From Phoronis australis (Eukaryota; Animalia; Phoronida): DNA of 64,000 nucleotides. Shown piece by piece: positions 13,149 to 25,853 of this stretch. The DNA lies in contig NMRA01000122.1 in NCBI GenBank assembly GCA_002633005.1, forward strand, positions 562,182 to 626,181, written 5' to 3'. A program made the position numbers and the translations under genes. The notes beneath the pieces were generated by a model. It was not told the DNA's origin and did not search any database. It was given only the letters and a program-made list of their open reading frames with translations. Each line of letters starts with the position of its first letter. Position 1 is the stretch's first letter.

Positions 13149-14304
13149 AATCTAACAAAGAAATGAACACGCTTACATTGTCATTGATATGAACAAACAA
13201 CTACCATGCTAAAAACATTCCCACTAAATAAGATTGGTCCAAACCCCGCCTGTCAGGGTAAACGGTGGGGTTGGAAAATCGAACTAGACCGTATTTATCC
13301 ACCTTGGCCGAGTCGCGCTCGGCTCACGATCAAAGGGATGCCGCCAAGTTGCTCTATTCATCGAGTCACGAGCGAGGATAATTGGCTTCGCTCACGCGGA
13401 TATGATCAGCTGATTACAATCTAGCATAGCAGACTGTACTTTTTATGGAGTGAGTTTTACGTAGTTTTTACTGTAATATTTGAAAAGAGGAGCCAAAACA
13501 AATATGAGTACAACTTTGAATTTTTCAAATCGGCCCAGGATAAGAGATTTTGCAACACAGCAACACAAACGATTACTTTCATTCGGCGCGCACGAATACA
13601 AAAATATTGGACCCAACTTATTTAGATTTTGGAACACATGCATTGCAATATTCAAAATATGTTTATTATGAATCTTACAAGCTGTAAAACGACGTTGTTT
13701 AATTTCATTGTGCTCATTCATTGTCATCCGTCAAATCTGAAATTTCCGAGATGTGATCTGCCGCGTGCGCGTATGTGTACAAAACACGTGATTGTTATGT
13801 TCCTGAAGTACGAAAATTAAGAAACTTTAGCATGCCGTTATTATTGACAGGGACACGATAAAACGGACTTGGATTTTGACTATGGTCTAGATACAGCGAG
13901 CTGGCTGACTACTGCGTCAGTGTCTCCGTTACACCTGGAAATTTCACACAGCCCGGGTAGTTCACCTCGTCCCCAACATGAAAATCGAGCCTTGGACTAT
14001 TAATACTCCACGGTAGAGCTAACGACCGTCGGCCTGTGCACACAAAATCTGTGAGTTAACCAGCACTCACCTTGCACGTTGCAGCCGTTTAAGTGAAAAA
14101 AACAATCTAGTAAACGCCATTTTCTTGCATAATCCTCCGCCTTTTGTAACAAAAAAGTCTGTCGTCGATGACCCGCACACGCACGCTCACTCACTCTCAT
14201 ACGCAGACAAACTTCAAAACAAATGTCACGTGACAACAACATGTGTGTTCATCCAGAGATTTTCCTGTGTTGTGGGGTACGATGTAGCGCAGATTTGGAC
14301 TTAA

Positions 14305-15506
14305 GGTAGGTGTATACACTGATCAAATCTCCAGGTTCCTAACTAAAATGAGTAAAAAGGGAGTTTTAACTAGTTAGATATGACTCTGAAAGTGACAAAA
14401 ATCGAAGAAAAAGTTTTTTTTTGTAGTTCGTTTTTTTAAAAAATCGTATTTTTTAATTTTCAAAAAATCCAATTTTACCTCGATTTTTTTTTCAAAATGC
14501 ACAGGGATCATCATCAACTGTTTCCTTACGCAATATTCTACTTATCCATACCAAATATATGTACAAAATCATCATGATTTTGATTTTGTGGCATTTTTTG
14601 TGTGTAAGTTGGGGCAAGCACGCCACTTTTTGTCATTTGGTCACTTTCCGTCTAATAACTAAAAATCTGGTCCATTTATCAAAAAACCCTGGCACGCGAT
14701 TTTACTTCAGTCCTAGAGGATTTCAAATTTGCAACTTTCGTAAAAATTGACCCACGTGTTGTGGAAAAATAGGCCCGAGAATCTTGTCACTATCCTGAAA
14801 TCACGAGCCGAGAAAAACGGCTTTGAAGTTAAGCGGTCNNNNNNNNNNNNNNNNNNNNNNNNNNNNNNNNNNNNNNNNNNNNNNNNNNNNNNNNNNNNNN
14901 NNNNNNNNNNNNNNNNNNNNNNNNNNNNNNNNNNNNNNNNNNNNNNNNNNNNNNNNNNNNNNNNNNNNNNNNNNNNNNNNNNNNNNNNNNNNNNNNNNNN
15001 NNNNNNNNNNNNNNNNNNNNNNNNNNNNNNNNNNNNNNNNNNNNNNNNNNNNNNNNNNNNNNNNNNNNNNNNNNNNNNNNNNNNNNNNNNNNNNNNNNNN
15101 NNNNNNNNNNNNNNNNNNNNNNNNNNNNNNNNNNNNNNNNNNNNNNNNNNNNNNNNNNNNNNNNNNNNNNNNNNNNNNNNNNNNNNNNNNNNNNNNNNNN
15201 NNNNNNNNNNNNNNNNNNNNNNNNNNNNNNNNNNNNNNNNNNNNNNNNNNNNNNNNNNNNNNNNNNNNNNNNNNNNNNNNNNNNNTCCTTGTATATAAGC
15301 TCCGCCCCAGTTGTCAATCACTGAGCTGGTGAGCACTCAAGCCATATGACTTACTGAGGCTTGGTCAAATATAGCTAAAAAAACAACTTTGGATTTTCAG
15401 AATGATTTTATTTTTCTTCAGTATACTGTGCATCAAGAATTAAAGATTAGGATGACATAAAAATGTAAAAAACAGTCAAAATTAATTTTTTGTGTATCCA
15501 CCTACC
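14305..15506. mobile_element. Kolobok-like non-autonomous DNA transposon (TTAA TSD, GG...CC termini); contains the assembly gap
   Basis: TTAA|GGTAGGTGTATACAC ... GTGTATCCACCTACC|TTAA. The paralogous empty sites (~2692, ~43120) have a single TTAA. Confidence 0.8.
14839..15285. other. Assembly gap (N run)
   Basis: 447 consecutive N. Confidence 0.99.
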
Positions 15507-16717
15507 TTAATCGCAATTAATCTGGACTCCACATGAACTTTAAAAATTGTAAAACATAAGGAAGATTTCAGGTAACTTGTTGAGTCGAAACTATATATTT
15601 ATTCAAGAATTCAAGTTTTCCTAATTCCTATTGACGATCGCGATTCAGCAACGCATCAGTCGGCAAGTTTTCGCCCTGTGATGAGCACAATATTTTGAAA
15701 AATTATTGTAATTTTAACAACTGAATTTGATAGCAATGCACCACAGTTTTGTAGAAAGACTGTCATAGGCTACAAATGCGTCACAGAGCGTGAATCCTAG
15801 GTTCCGATTTTACTCGTTTGGGAAACCGGGTTTCAACTGCCGTGGGCTACATATAAGCGTCCCCTCCCCGTGAAATGAATTTTTCTAAACGTTTATTAGA
15901 GCCAATACAGTATACAGCTTTCCACCAAGGCTACTGTAGGTGATGCTACAACATTATTCTTTGTTGCATTAGTTAACTGGTCTTGGCTATCATTTTATGG
16001 CCTGGTCATCCATTCAGCCAAAAGTAGTTCCAGAGGTGGTTTATCAGCCAATTATTCACGCATGCTGACTCACAATAGAAGCCTGATAAGAGTGAAGGTG
16101 GATAAATGCGGTGTTCCTACAGTTTATTGTGGCAGTGGATGTGTTCACGACATGACTTATGCCTGTCCTTCACTATAAGTCAAAATAGAAAAGTCCACAG
16201 ATGTATTGTCCTGTAGTAGACCTACTGGCTGGTCAAATCCACCAATTTGTCTCTGAAGCTTGCCACTGCGACATCTCATTTTGTTTGGCGACCTGGTAAA
16301 AATCCCCAAGTTCCCACACACACACACCCAAGCAGTGTTTTTCACAATTGTTCAGTTTATTTCGTGAATTCAATGCATATGCCACAACATTCAAATTACA
16401 TCAAGAAGTAAAGAGTGTCATCCGAATTGTTCGGCAAAAATCAGAAAATATTAGTACCTTTGGGATATCGTTCCTTAGACACTGACTACCCAATAAATTC
16501 CCGGAAATCAAGGACTGCAAGACTCGAGTCAAGTCGGGAATGACAGTTTGACGAACAGACATTGAAACAACATATCACCCCCTAACGACAAGTAGCAAGT
16601 GTAACTTTCTTTGGTACAGTTTTTGCAAAGAGTGCCAATATTGGACAATTCTGTTGCTCGGTTTCACAATGTTTTACCTAAATAACAACAAATATAGGAA
16701 ATTATTCATTTACTCAC

Positions 16718-16790
16718 ATGTTTAAATTTTTAAAATGGCGCTTTTTCTCACGCGAACTCTCGGTCAACAGCGAGAATGAGTCGGCCATAT
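16718..16790 (-). other. CSE1L: Probable non-coding first exon of CSE1L
   Basis: The CSE1L ATG is 3 nt after a strong acceptor (tttctttgttag|ATTATG), so a 5'UTR intron is implied. A CAT|GTGAGT donor at 16717 follows a sense YY1-type CGCCATTTT motif next to the ACP5 start. The 5' end is approximate. Confidence 0.55.
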
Positions 16791-16891
16791 GATAGTCATG
16801 TGACCATGTGAGCATAGATAACTAAACTGGTATGATTGTTAGTTTGTGACATTTGGTGTGGTGGTTGGTAGTGTACAAAGTTCGAAGGTTC
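16718..16891. promoter_or_regulatory. Putative bidirectional promoter CSE1L/ACP5
   Basis: Under 200 bp between the inferred CSE1L first exon and the ACP5 ATG. Locally CpG-rich, with AAAATGGCG (YY1-like), TCTCACGCGAA and GTCATGTGAC (E-box/CLEAR-like, ~16794-16804). Confidence 0.5.
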
Positions 16892-19800
16892 ATGATGAAA
16901 GTTCTTGTGTGGAAGCTGTTAAATTTCTCATTTTCAGTCGCTTTTCTGTCTACTGTTTGTTGTGGTAAGTTTGAAGGAATCTTAAAGTTAAACGTCGGAG
17001 CGGGCATGTTTGCCTTTGTAATGTATCGGACTCCCCTTGCCTTGGCTTTCGTTGGTCAGGCTGGTCTTGGAGTTGACAGTGACCACCATCTCCAGCTGGC
17101 CAGTAGAGATGTAGGCAAGTAGAGACGGTGAAGCTACGATAGGAGTTTCATACACCGGCAGCTTTTTGGCGAATTATGCCTCACACTGATTCTTCTAGCA
17201 GTCCTTCGTTCAGTTCCCAAAACTCGCCAGAAACTGGCCATTTTTACGTAGCACACACCGGGGGATATGACATCATACCACCTGCCATGGGCAGTGTTAA
17301 AAATGGCCAGTTTCCGATTTTGGGAACTGAACGAAAGACTGCACAAAGAAAATCATTTGATAACAGAAGTATTTGTTCGAGTTAAAGACATCGGCGGCCA
17401 TCTCGGCTCTAATAAGGTGTCGATTCCTCTATGTGCAAAAGGTACTTAAATAACAACGTGACTTTGATTTTTTAACCAGTGTGAGGCATAATTCTCAGAA
17501 AATCTTCCGCTGCATGAAGCACTTATACACTCTCTATGCATTAAACAATTGTAATTGTTTGGGGAATAAGATTGCGATGACGAAACATGTAATTTTCTTT
17601 AGTGCAGTTAAATTCCTATCAACGTGAATGTGATTATTTGAGTGAACTTGCCAAATTTCTTTGTGTATTCCAATTTGTTCACGGATATGCGATCTTGAAA
17701 TTATAGGCAGAAAAGTCACGCACATCAGCACCACGACCAACTGGCACCAGGGCAGTAGAGACGGTGGCTATCCCATGCTGAAACCATCCCTTTTAGTTTT
17801 AAATGGGATAAGGGTCGATTTGGAGAAGTCTTATAATTTCTTCAACATCATGTGGTCAGCTGGACAGGTTCCAGTGGCGGATTTAGAGGGGGGCCAAGGG
17901 GGCCATGCCCCCCTAAAATTCTACCAGATTCCATTTGGCAGTAGGAGAGTGCGAATGTCTGACTGGCAGAAATCCTGGGTAGTACTCTGTCCTGGCCCCC
18001 CCCTAACTCAAAATCCTGGATCCGCCCCTGGGTTCTATCCACATTCCATTCACAACGGGGATAGTTATCCATAGAGTGACTCTATTCAATAGGTCAGATA
18101 ATGAGAAGCATTACTGCATGATAGCTGAGCATCAAAACCGTTTTCCAAGAAGGCTATTTTCATTTGGCAAGCATTTTAAAGAGGCTTTGTATGGCTATAC
18201 ACCATGCCCTGGAGTCATGGGTCATATCAGGAGGCTGTTGATGTCTTAAACTCTCCCCGTCTCCAGAAAATAATCCTGCAATCAAACTCTTTTTCGAACT
18301 GTCCTTTGTTTAGTTTTCAATGTTGAAGTCATGCATATCCCCTGGCTCTATTTTCTCTCTGTCGTGGACATTTGTCCAAAATTTGTCATGATATTTTGAG
18401 AATCAGCCGGACAATATTTGTCATTAAAGTATGGCAAACAAACTTTGTCCCAAATTGATCGGCTTGAGACATTACCAACTTTCTAATGGAGTGGTTCTTT
18501 GCCTTGAATCGTCAAGTTCAGAACAGACAAGAGGGGCAAAGGGAGCAAATTCAGTCTACACTGTCCCCATGAAAGAATCTGATAAGGCAATGTCTGGACT
18601 AAAGTAAAATCAATCAGACATTCCGAAAGTAAATTGCACCCAGTCCGATGGCCAATGCTTAACAAAATCTCTGCTTGAAGTACCGAATGTAGTTCTTTGA
18701 TGATTACAGGACAAGAACTGCGTTTCTTGGTGCTTGGTGACTGGGGAGGCTTGCCTTCATCTCCATACAAGACATCCGTGGAATCAGCAGTTGCTGCTCA
18801 AATGGGAACCGCTGCTCAAAGATTCGGAACACAGTTTGTTGTTGGCCTTGGTGATAACTTTTATTATGATGGCGTTAAAGACATACATGACCGCAGATTC
18901 ACGGTATGGGGTGTTTTGAACGTACCCAATCCACAGTCAGATAGAGGGCTGTTTGACTGTATTGAACTGCATGCCATTTACTTCCTATTTAATGTCAATA
19001 TTCTTATGGAGCTGAGTGCCGAGTCTGTACTTTAAGCCAAATGTATACAAAAGTATATAAGTCAAATCAGTGAAAGTATATACATATAGAGAGTAGAAAC
19101 CCTGTAGAATTTGATTTTTAAATTTTTACTAATTTGCCAATGGGTCATGTGACTCTCTTTTTATTTAGTATAAGTGATGCAAAAATATAATTTATTAGCA
19201 GATATAAATTTGCCATATTTCTTAACTGTTAAAAGTATTATTCAAGACACTGGCTCGAAAACAGTTTAGTCCTATTTTTGTGGAATTTCATGCAAAACCG
19301 AAAGTTTTAAAAAACTGTAGTAGCATTTTTGAGAAAATTTCATGAAGTGCAGTATCTACTTTACATTTGAATGTGATCATGCATTTTTAAGATATGATGT
19401 TCAAAAATGAGCTTAAAGACCCTTTGAAACTGTTTTTTTTCTGTTGAAAAACAAGTTTTGATTAATATGTCACTTACCATTATGAATTTGGTTTCAAATT
19501 ATTACTTAGTCAAAGTAGGACTATTTTCATGGCTTGAAAAGAACTGACAATTTGTTTTTTTCTGACGAAACTCATAAAATTTTAGGTCATGGTGTGACCT
19601 GTAATTTTAGGAGCTCAATCTGAAGTTGTAGTAATAGACTTAATTCTACGCAAGCCCAAAGATTTACTTCTAAACTGAATAAGGAAAAACAAGACCATTA
19701 GAATGACAAGTCAGATGTTGTTTTTGTACAGAAAGCATGCATGGGTTTAATGCCACTTTACTTTGGACAGTTTCCTTACAGCCAAAAACCTACACATCAC

Positions 19801-22800
19801 TGTTTAAAATATAAAGCGCTTGCCCGCATCACAACTTAGTGCAACAATCAACTTTTTAAGATATTAATTGATTAAGCTAACCCCAATGGTAGACAGCCCA
19901 AGCAGACAGTCGTGTTAATGGACGGCTGCACTGCGGAACCCCTTCAGCTCATATCAAGATGACTTTTTGGGAAAAATGTACAACTAAAGAATACCACAAC
20001 ACCATATCAATTATGAACAAGGAGCAGAACCAATCACAATATTTTTGTCCTAAATCTTAATACTCAAATTAGTGTCATACAATGATTATATCAGAATATC
20101 ATAAAGCACAACTGGTCATTTTGACCTTATTTTGGCTACATTTGAAATTTCAGCAGATGCATTCAGAAATGTGAGAAGTTGTAGTTGATTGCAAAAATTC
20201 TAAATGACTTTTATGACCTTTTTGTACTAAAAAATCAAAGTGGATCTTTTTGAAATGATACTAATGTCAAGCTGTACTTTTCACCCAGTGTAAATTAGAA
20301 GTGAATGACTTTGTTGACTGGCACAACATGGGACATGTTTCTTTTTTGACTCGCAGGAAACCTTTGAGAATATTTTCAAGTCCAAATACCTACAGTCCAA
20401 GTGGTACATGACAGCTGGTAACCATGATCACCGTGGCAACATATCAGCTCAAGTGGCCTACACTCATGTGTCTAATAGATGGTAAGCAAGGGGAATGTCT
20501 AGCGTAGTGATGTGTACTGTATAGTTATCACTTGACTCGACTTTTCATCCTGTGTTCATTGGTGGAACTATGTTCACATGCTGTCTGGTCATAAAAAAGG
20601 TCTGACATCTGATCTGCTACTGAAAATTTCACATGTGAACACTATAGTCAGCTGTCTGATGAGCCTGTGTATCAGTGTCTAATTAGAAGGCAGATCTTCA
20701 TCCTGCCTCAGTGTACAAGACATAGGCTGGACTAATGACCCAACTGGTTTCTGCAGAAAAAGAACTTTCTGTTAGTCACATTTTATGGCAGGCCTGTCAA
20801 GAGAATAGTTACACATACTGTTACAGAGTAAGTTTAGTATATTCATTTTGCCGTTGTGTGTGAATCTCTACCAAATTCTATGTAAGATTTGTCCCTTTAA
20901 TTTTCAGTTAACCAGGTCTAAAGTAACAAGTTGAAATGTTAATATCCATGTTTGAATATGCCTTTTAAACCACACTCCATAATCGCAACCTATTTTATCC
21001 ACAATCTTTCAGGCTCAGCTTCTATTGCGAGTCATAGTGATGTAGCATAATTAGCTGATAAGCCATGCTGGGAACTAATTCCTATGAATGGCTTAAGGCT
21101 TGTGTTTTGTTGACAAAACCACTATTACGTGACCAATTTTGAAAATTCAAAAACCCACATTAGGCCCTTTCATATTAATGTTGATGTGTCGATAATTTGG
21201 AGAGTTGTTGTTCCTATGAATGGCTGACTTCGATCTTGGATCAAAGTTGACAGCAACAGTTAACTTCGCAAGCGGTAAATAGGTGGATTTAACGGTGGAG
21301 CGTTGATGCTACAGTGCAGTATGTTTAGCTTTGGTCACATTGAAGTTATCACCAGGGGCTCCTGTTATCGTCAACAGTACTAGCAGGGCAGTGTTGTTGC
21401 AATATTTGGTAATATTTTGCTAAAATAACCACCAGTCGATTTAGAAATATATTTCATGTCAATTATCACACGTAAATGCTCTTAAATTGTCTCATAAAAA
21501 TCTAAGTGCCCACCACGTGAAAAACTCACCATATCTCAGTCTACCTCTCGAATGCAAGAGCACACCGTGCTATCACATCGACGATAACAGTGTTACCAAC
21601 CACTTACTACTTAAGCTAGTATGTTCAAATAATTTCACAGTTTACATTTGATGCTTTACTCATACTGGAGTTAAGTTCAATTTTTATTCCTGTATTCAGA
21701 TTTGATGGTTTTCATTTAGTTTTCACATTCCAAAAAAGTACAGCCTGTATGCTTTCAAGCCTTCTGTTTAGATATGATCTGATAATAAACAATTATTATA
21801 ATAATTCCCCTCACTATCGACCTAGTGAGAGCCACCCCTTTGATGACAACCTGACTAGTGAAAATGGAGTGTGTCTGACCATGTGACATTGGAGAAATTC
21901 GAAACATTCAAATCTATTCTTGTCTTGTTTAAAGGGGATGTTTGCAGCGTGATTAGGTCTGTGACTGTTTTTAACTCATCCAAATGTGTTTCAGGTACTA
22001 CCCAGACTACTTCTACAGTGTTGATTTCAAAGTTCCTGGTACAAATACAACCCTTCATTTGATCATGATCGACACTGTCATTCTGTGTGGAAACACAGAT
22101 CATGACTTCTCCAGAGAGCCACCTGCTGGCCCAGAAAATAAGCATCTTGCTGAGAAGCAATGGGACTGGATTGAGAATCAGCTGAAAAACACTAAGTAAT
22201 CAATCACTTTAGACAGTTTGTGTTCAAACAGCTATAAACCACCCTGGATTACACACTTGTATCATTTGGTAGAAAATCATCCTGTTGCCGGTCGAATTTC
22301 ATGCAGTATTTGTCAATTAATTCTTACAAAGTCTTTATGGACCGAATTTTATAGCTGCAAGACTGGTCTTTGATATGACAAATGTAAACAACGGGTGTTT
22401 TCATGGAATTTTTTATTAATTTAGGTACAGTTTGGGATAAAATTATGGGTTTATTGTTCTCAGAAGACTTTAATCATTTTGCCGCTCAACCCGGTGTATT
22501 GTACCTGGTACTTAATTAAATTTTTCATTTATTCACAATAAATAACACAAGAAGACTGATCCTTGACTCATGGGCCTAGCAGTCTAGAGGTTCAGTGGGA
22601 TTTGAACCTACAAGCTATTGATCAGGAGGCAGACACTTCAATGCACTAGGTCACATTTCCTCCTTTTTAGCTCACAGCTCTTATCGTATTTGGCTATGCT
22701 CCCGCGCTGTGCGTGAGTTTCACTGATTTCATTATCAGTTTGACTGTGATAGCAATGGGAGAAAGTTGGAAAACCAAAAAATGTTTACATACTCCAGCTC

Positions 22801-24854
22801 TCTCTTCGTCTACGTTCCCATGATAAGCTCACATAATCCAGGAGTTTTGCTGTACGGTAAACAGGGCGCCTGACGCTAACTGATATTTAAAAAATGCTTT
22901 TTCTAAACGACATTCAACAAATGTCGTGAAGATGTAATTTTTAAGAAATACTATCACCAAAAAACTTCAAACAGAGAGAAACGGTTGACCTTCAGAGAAA
23001 TTAGACCACTTTCAACTGCTGATTCCTTTGTGTGACTGAAAGCTCTGACTTGCTTACAACCACAGCATTGTGTGCCAACACAATAGGCTTGTTTGTCAAA
23101 CTTAATAAAACGTGATTCTAGATCAGATCGTGATGTTGCAATTTTCTTGGTTTTAACAGTTCAGGAGAATGGTATGTAATGTCACATGATTTTAATGCAG
23201 TATCCGAAAATGCGTTGTCTCGTTATCATATCCTATAATGCATTGTCTCGTTATCAAATTATTATTAGTTTTCAAATCATTAGTAAACCTACTTTAAAAT
23301 TTCCATACATCAAATCCTTTTATCAGAATTTTCTATTTTTAAGCTAGTGAGCAATAATAATGCGATTCCTTTAATCCCATGCATAGTTATTTCTGATTTG
23401 TGTACGTTGGATACTTCACAACACACCAGGATATTTCTATTGGAACTCAGGAGAAGTTTTTTATCATGTTGCAATATGCAACAGTGACGATAAATAAAGT
23501 TATGTTTTGCATTTTAAAAGCTGTAGCATTAACTTAAATATTAAAAAGTTCATTGCAACCTCATGCCAAAATCTCTGACTAGTAATTAATAGTGCAAAAC
23601 GTAAAAAAATTGGCAATTTAATTTGAATTTTTGCCATCTCTTTTGCATTAGAAGTTCGTCCCATTTCATGGTGCCATGTACTTCCAATAGATCTGTAAAA
23701 GAATTGTAGTTGTTGTAAATAGATATTCAATTTTTCTAGGAAATCTAATTTTAAGGTCTTACTGTGTGAAGTAGATGGCGTCATGGCAATAAAACAAAAA
23801 TAGAATTGGTTAAAATAGATTGTTATTTTACAAATTAAAACTGGTGATTTTTTTAAACTTTTCGGCTGAAATTGAATTCTTGGTAAAAACTTTTAGAAAC
23901 TCTTTGACCTGTGTTAGATAATTAGCCTGTGAGTGGTGATGCTGGACTGAAGAGCAGGGGAAGGCTTAACATTGGACTTGATTGAGTTTTGGATTCAGCC
24001 TATTTCAAAATCACTGTTTGGAGTTGAAACCAAGCTGGAGGTTTTTGTAATGAAGAAACTCTGGTTCAACAACTTTAAAGAGAATGTAAATATAAGTTAT
24101 AACAATTTGCATTGTCCAAAATCCCGTCTTTTTCCCGTTTTTTTCAGGGCCAATTACGTAATTGTGGCTGGCCATTACCCAGTGTACTCCATAGCTGAGC
24201 ATGGTCCAACAAAGTGTTTGGAAGATCGTCTCATGCCAATGTTGTATAAGTACAAAGTCACGGCGTATATGTCTGGTCATGATCACAACTTACAGGTAAA
24301 CAGCTTTCTATCATCAGTAGTTTTTACATATGCAATATTTGTCCGAGTTAGCGCCAACGGCTAATTTAGTCTCGAAAACAAAAGAGCTAGTTATTAAGCC
24401 AAGTACGGGCTTTGGAAAGCAAAGGTTGTTGAAAGTAGTGTGTGAAATTGCCCAAACTGCCAATTCGGGTTTATGGCTTTTTGTGCTGTATAACGTTTGA
24501 TGGATCTTAAAGTAGTTCAGCAGTACAGCTTTTCTACCAGTTTTGAAATTTTTATTTCCCATGTACATGTGACCTTTTCTATTGGACTTGCAGCACCTAC
24601 AGCGGACGATGAATGGACATTCACTGAACTACTTTGTTGTGGGCTGTGCCAACTTTATCGACTCATCCAACATCCATAAGCATAGTAACCCCTCAGGTGT
24701 ATCCAAGTTCTTCTGGGCTGACAAATCCAAGCTTGGTGGTTTTGGTTACGTGCAAGTCTCTAAGTACAACATGACTTTCAACTTTTTAGAGTCGCTCGCT
24801 GGCAGTAATGGTAACTTTCTGTATAAACCGATTGTCATGAAACCTAGGATTTGA
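16892..24854 (+). CDS. ACP5: Tartrate-resistant (purple) acid phosphatase type 5-like, ~333 aa, with signal peptide
   Basis: Exons 16892-16964, 18710-18903, 20357-20481, 21995-22195, 24148-24295, 24594-24854 (1002 nt, in frame). All metal-ligand motifs are present: GDWG, GDNFY, GNHD, GHYP, GHDH. Exon 1 encodes a hydrophobic N-terminus. Confidence 0.93.
17204..17336. repeat. Inverted repeat with ~40-bp arms (core of a palindromic MITE?)
   Basis: TTCGTTCAGTTCCCAAAA..AAACTGGCCATTTTTA versus TAAAAATGGCCAGTTT..TTTTGGGAACTGAACGAA. Confidence 0.75.
17872..18030. mobile_element. 159-bp hAT-like MITE with 5-bp TSD
   Basis: TIRs CAGTGGCGGATT / GATCCGCCCCTG, GGTTC direct repeats, G/C-run subterminal regions. 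Confidence 0.75.
22589..22654 (-). mobile_element. Degenerate tRNA-derived SINE head
   Basis: Minus strand GTGACCTAGTGC (A-box-like) ... GTAGGTTCAAATCCCAC (B-box/T-arm) at tRNA-like spacing, without an intact cloverleaf. Confidence 0.45.
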
Positions 24855-25765
24855 TGACGTGTTAAAGAACAATTTAAAAGGAGGAGGCATCTTTTTGGTA
24901 TTATTTATAACACGAAGAGATGTGAACTTTTAAAGCTTTATGTCTTACTGTTTGTACTAAATGCGTGAATTTTTTATTATCCTCCCTCGATTTCCAGAAG
25001 AACCCCCGCAGGCCACCAGTAAAATGACATCTTAGTCCGCAGGGACTCTTTCTAGTAAAAGGGCTGTTATAGCTCTACTGTGGTGTTACTTACCATTCAC
25101 CTGCCTAAAATTAATCATACATGCGACATTCACTCAGTGATGTACTTGATGTTATATCCTTCAATCTACTCAGTCAGACACCAACTAACTGAGGAAGAAA
25201 CACACAGAAATAAACAACATGGTTCAACTGACACATCAGGAATGTGGCATGGATAAGTAATTAGAATCAGGGGGAAAGTAATTAATGTAATGATTGAAAT
25301 AAAACTTGGATACCATTTCTTCCATGTAAAAATAACACCAAAGAGGTAGACTCTCTCCTTCAAAATGTAGCAGTAACAGCCAGTGCAATTTAAATGCTAT
25401 GTCTGCTGCTGCGACACAAAAATGTGGGAAACGCTTCTGCTAAAGGGGAATGTTTCCTTTTTTGTCAATTTGGCATATTTTAATTACCCTGCGAGGTATT
25501 TTGAATGATTTTAATTGATTTTGATAAAAATGATATGAATAATTCTTCAAAGTCATTTAATACTGACAAATAATGTGCGTCTGATCGGCTAAATGGCTGT
25601 TGTTTTGGTTTTATTTTTCCGGCGTATTCTGCACCACCTAGTGACCATTTTTATTGTTTTCGAGTCTATATGTTGGCATTTGTCTCTCTATCTACCAAGG
25701 CGCTCCAAAGATCATTATTAAAAATTGGTAGATGTGCTCCTGTTTTGAAGGTCATGCTGATTATT

Positions 25766-25853
25766 GGGCAGGTCCAGCTACTGTGGCACCCCCTTTGGGC
25801 AGGTTCAGCTACTGTGGCACCCCCTTTGGGCAGGTTCAGCTACTGTGGCACTC
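25766..25853. repeat. 31-bp tandem repeat, ~3 copies, inside a HINE-like fragment
   Basis: Unit GGGCAGGTTCAGCTACTGTGGCACCCCCTTT. Confidence 0.85.

Larger units (their letters stand above)
14170..15865 (-). mobile_element. Inverted partial copy of the pogo/Tc2-like MITE family, split by a Kolobok-like insertion
   Basis: 14170-14300 and 15511-15865 are reverse complements of segments of 2338-2830 and 42230-43260. Confidence 0.7.

Noticed and set aside
14713-15336. Long ORFs in the ORF track
   Set aside because: Artefacts of the N gap.
22589-22654. Functional tRNA gene
   Set aside because: Acceptor and anticodon stems are poorly paired; better explained as a SINE relic.
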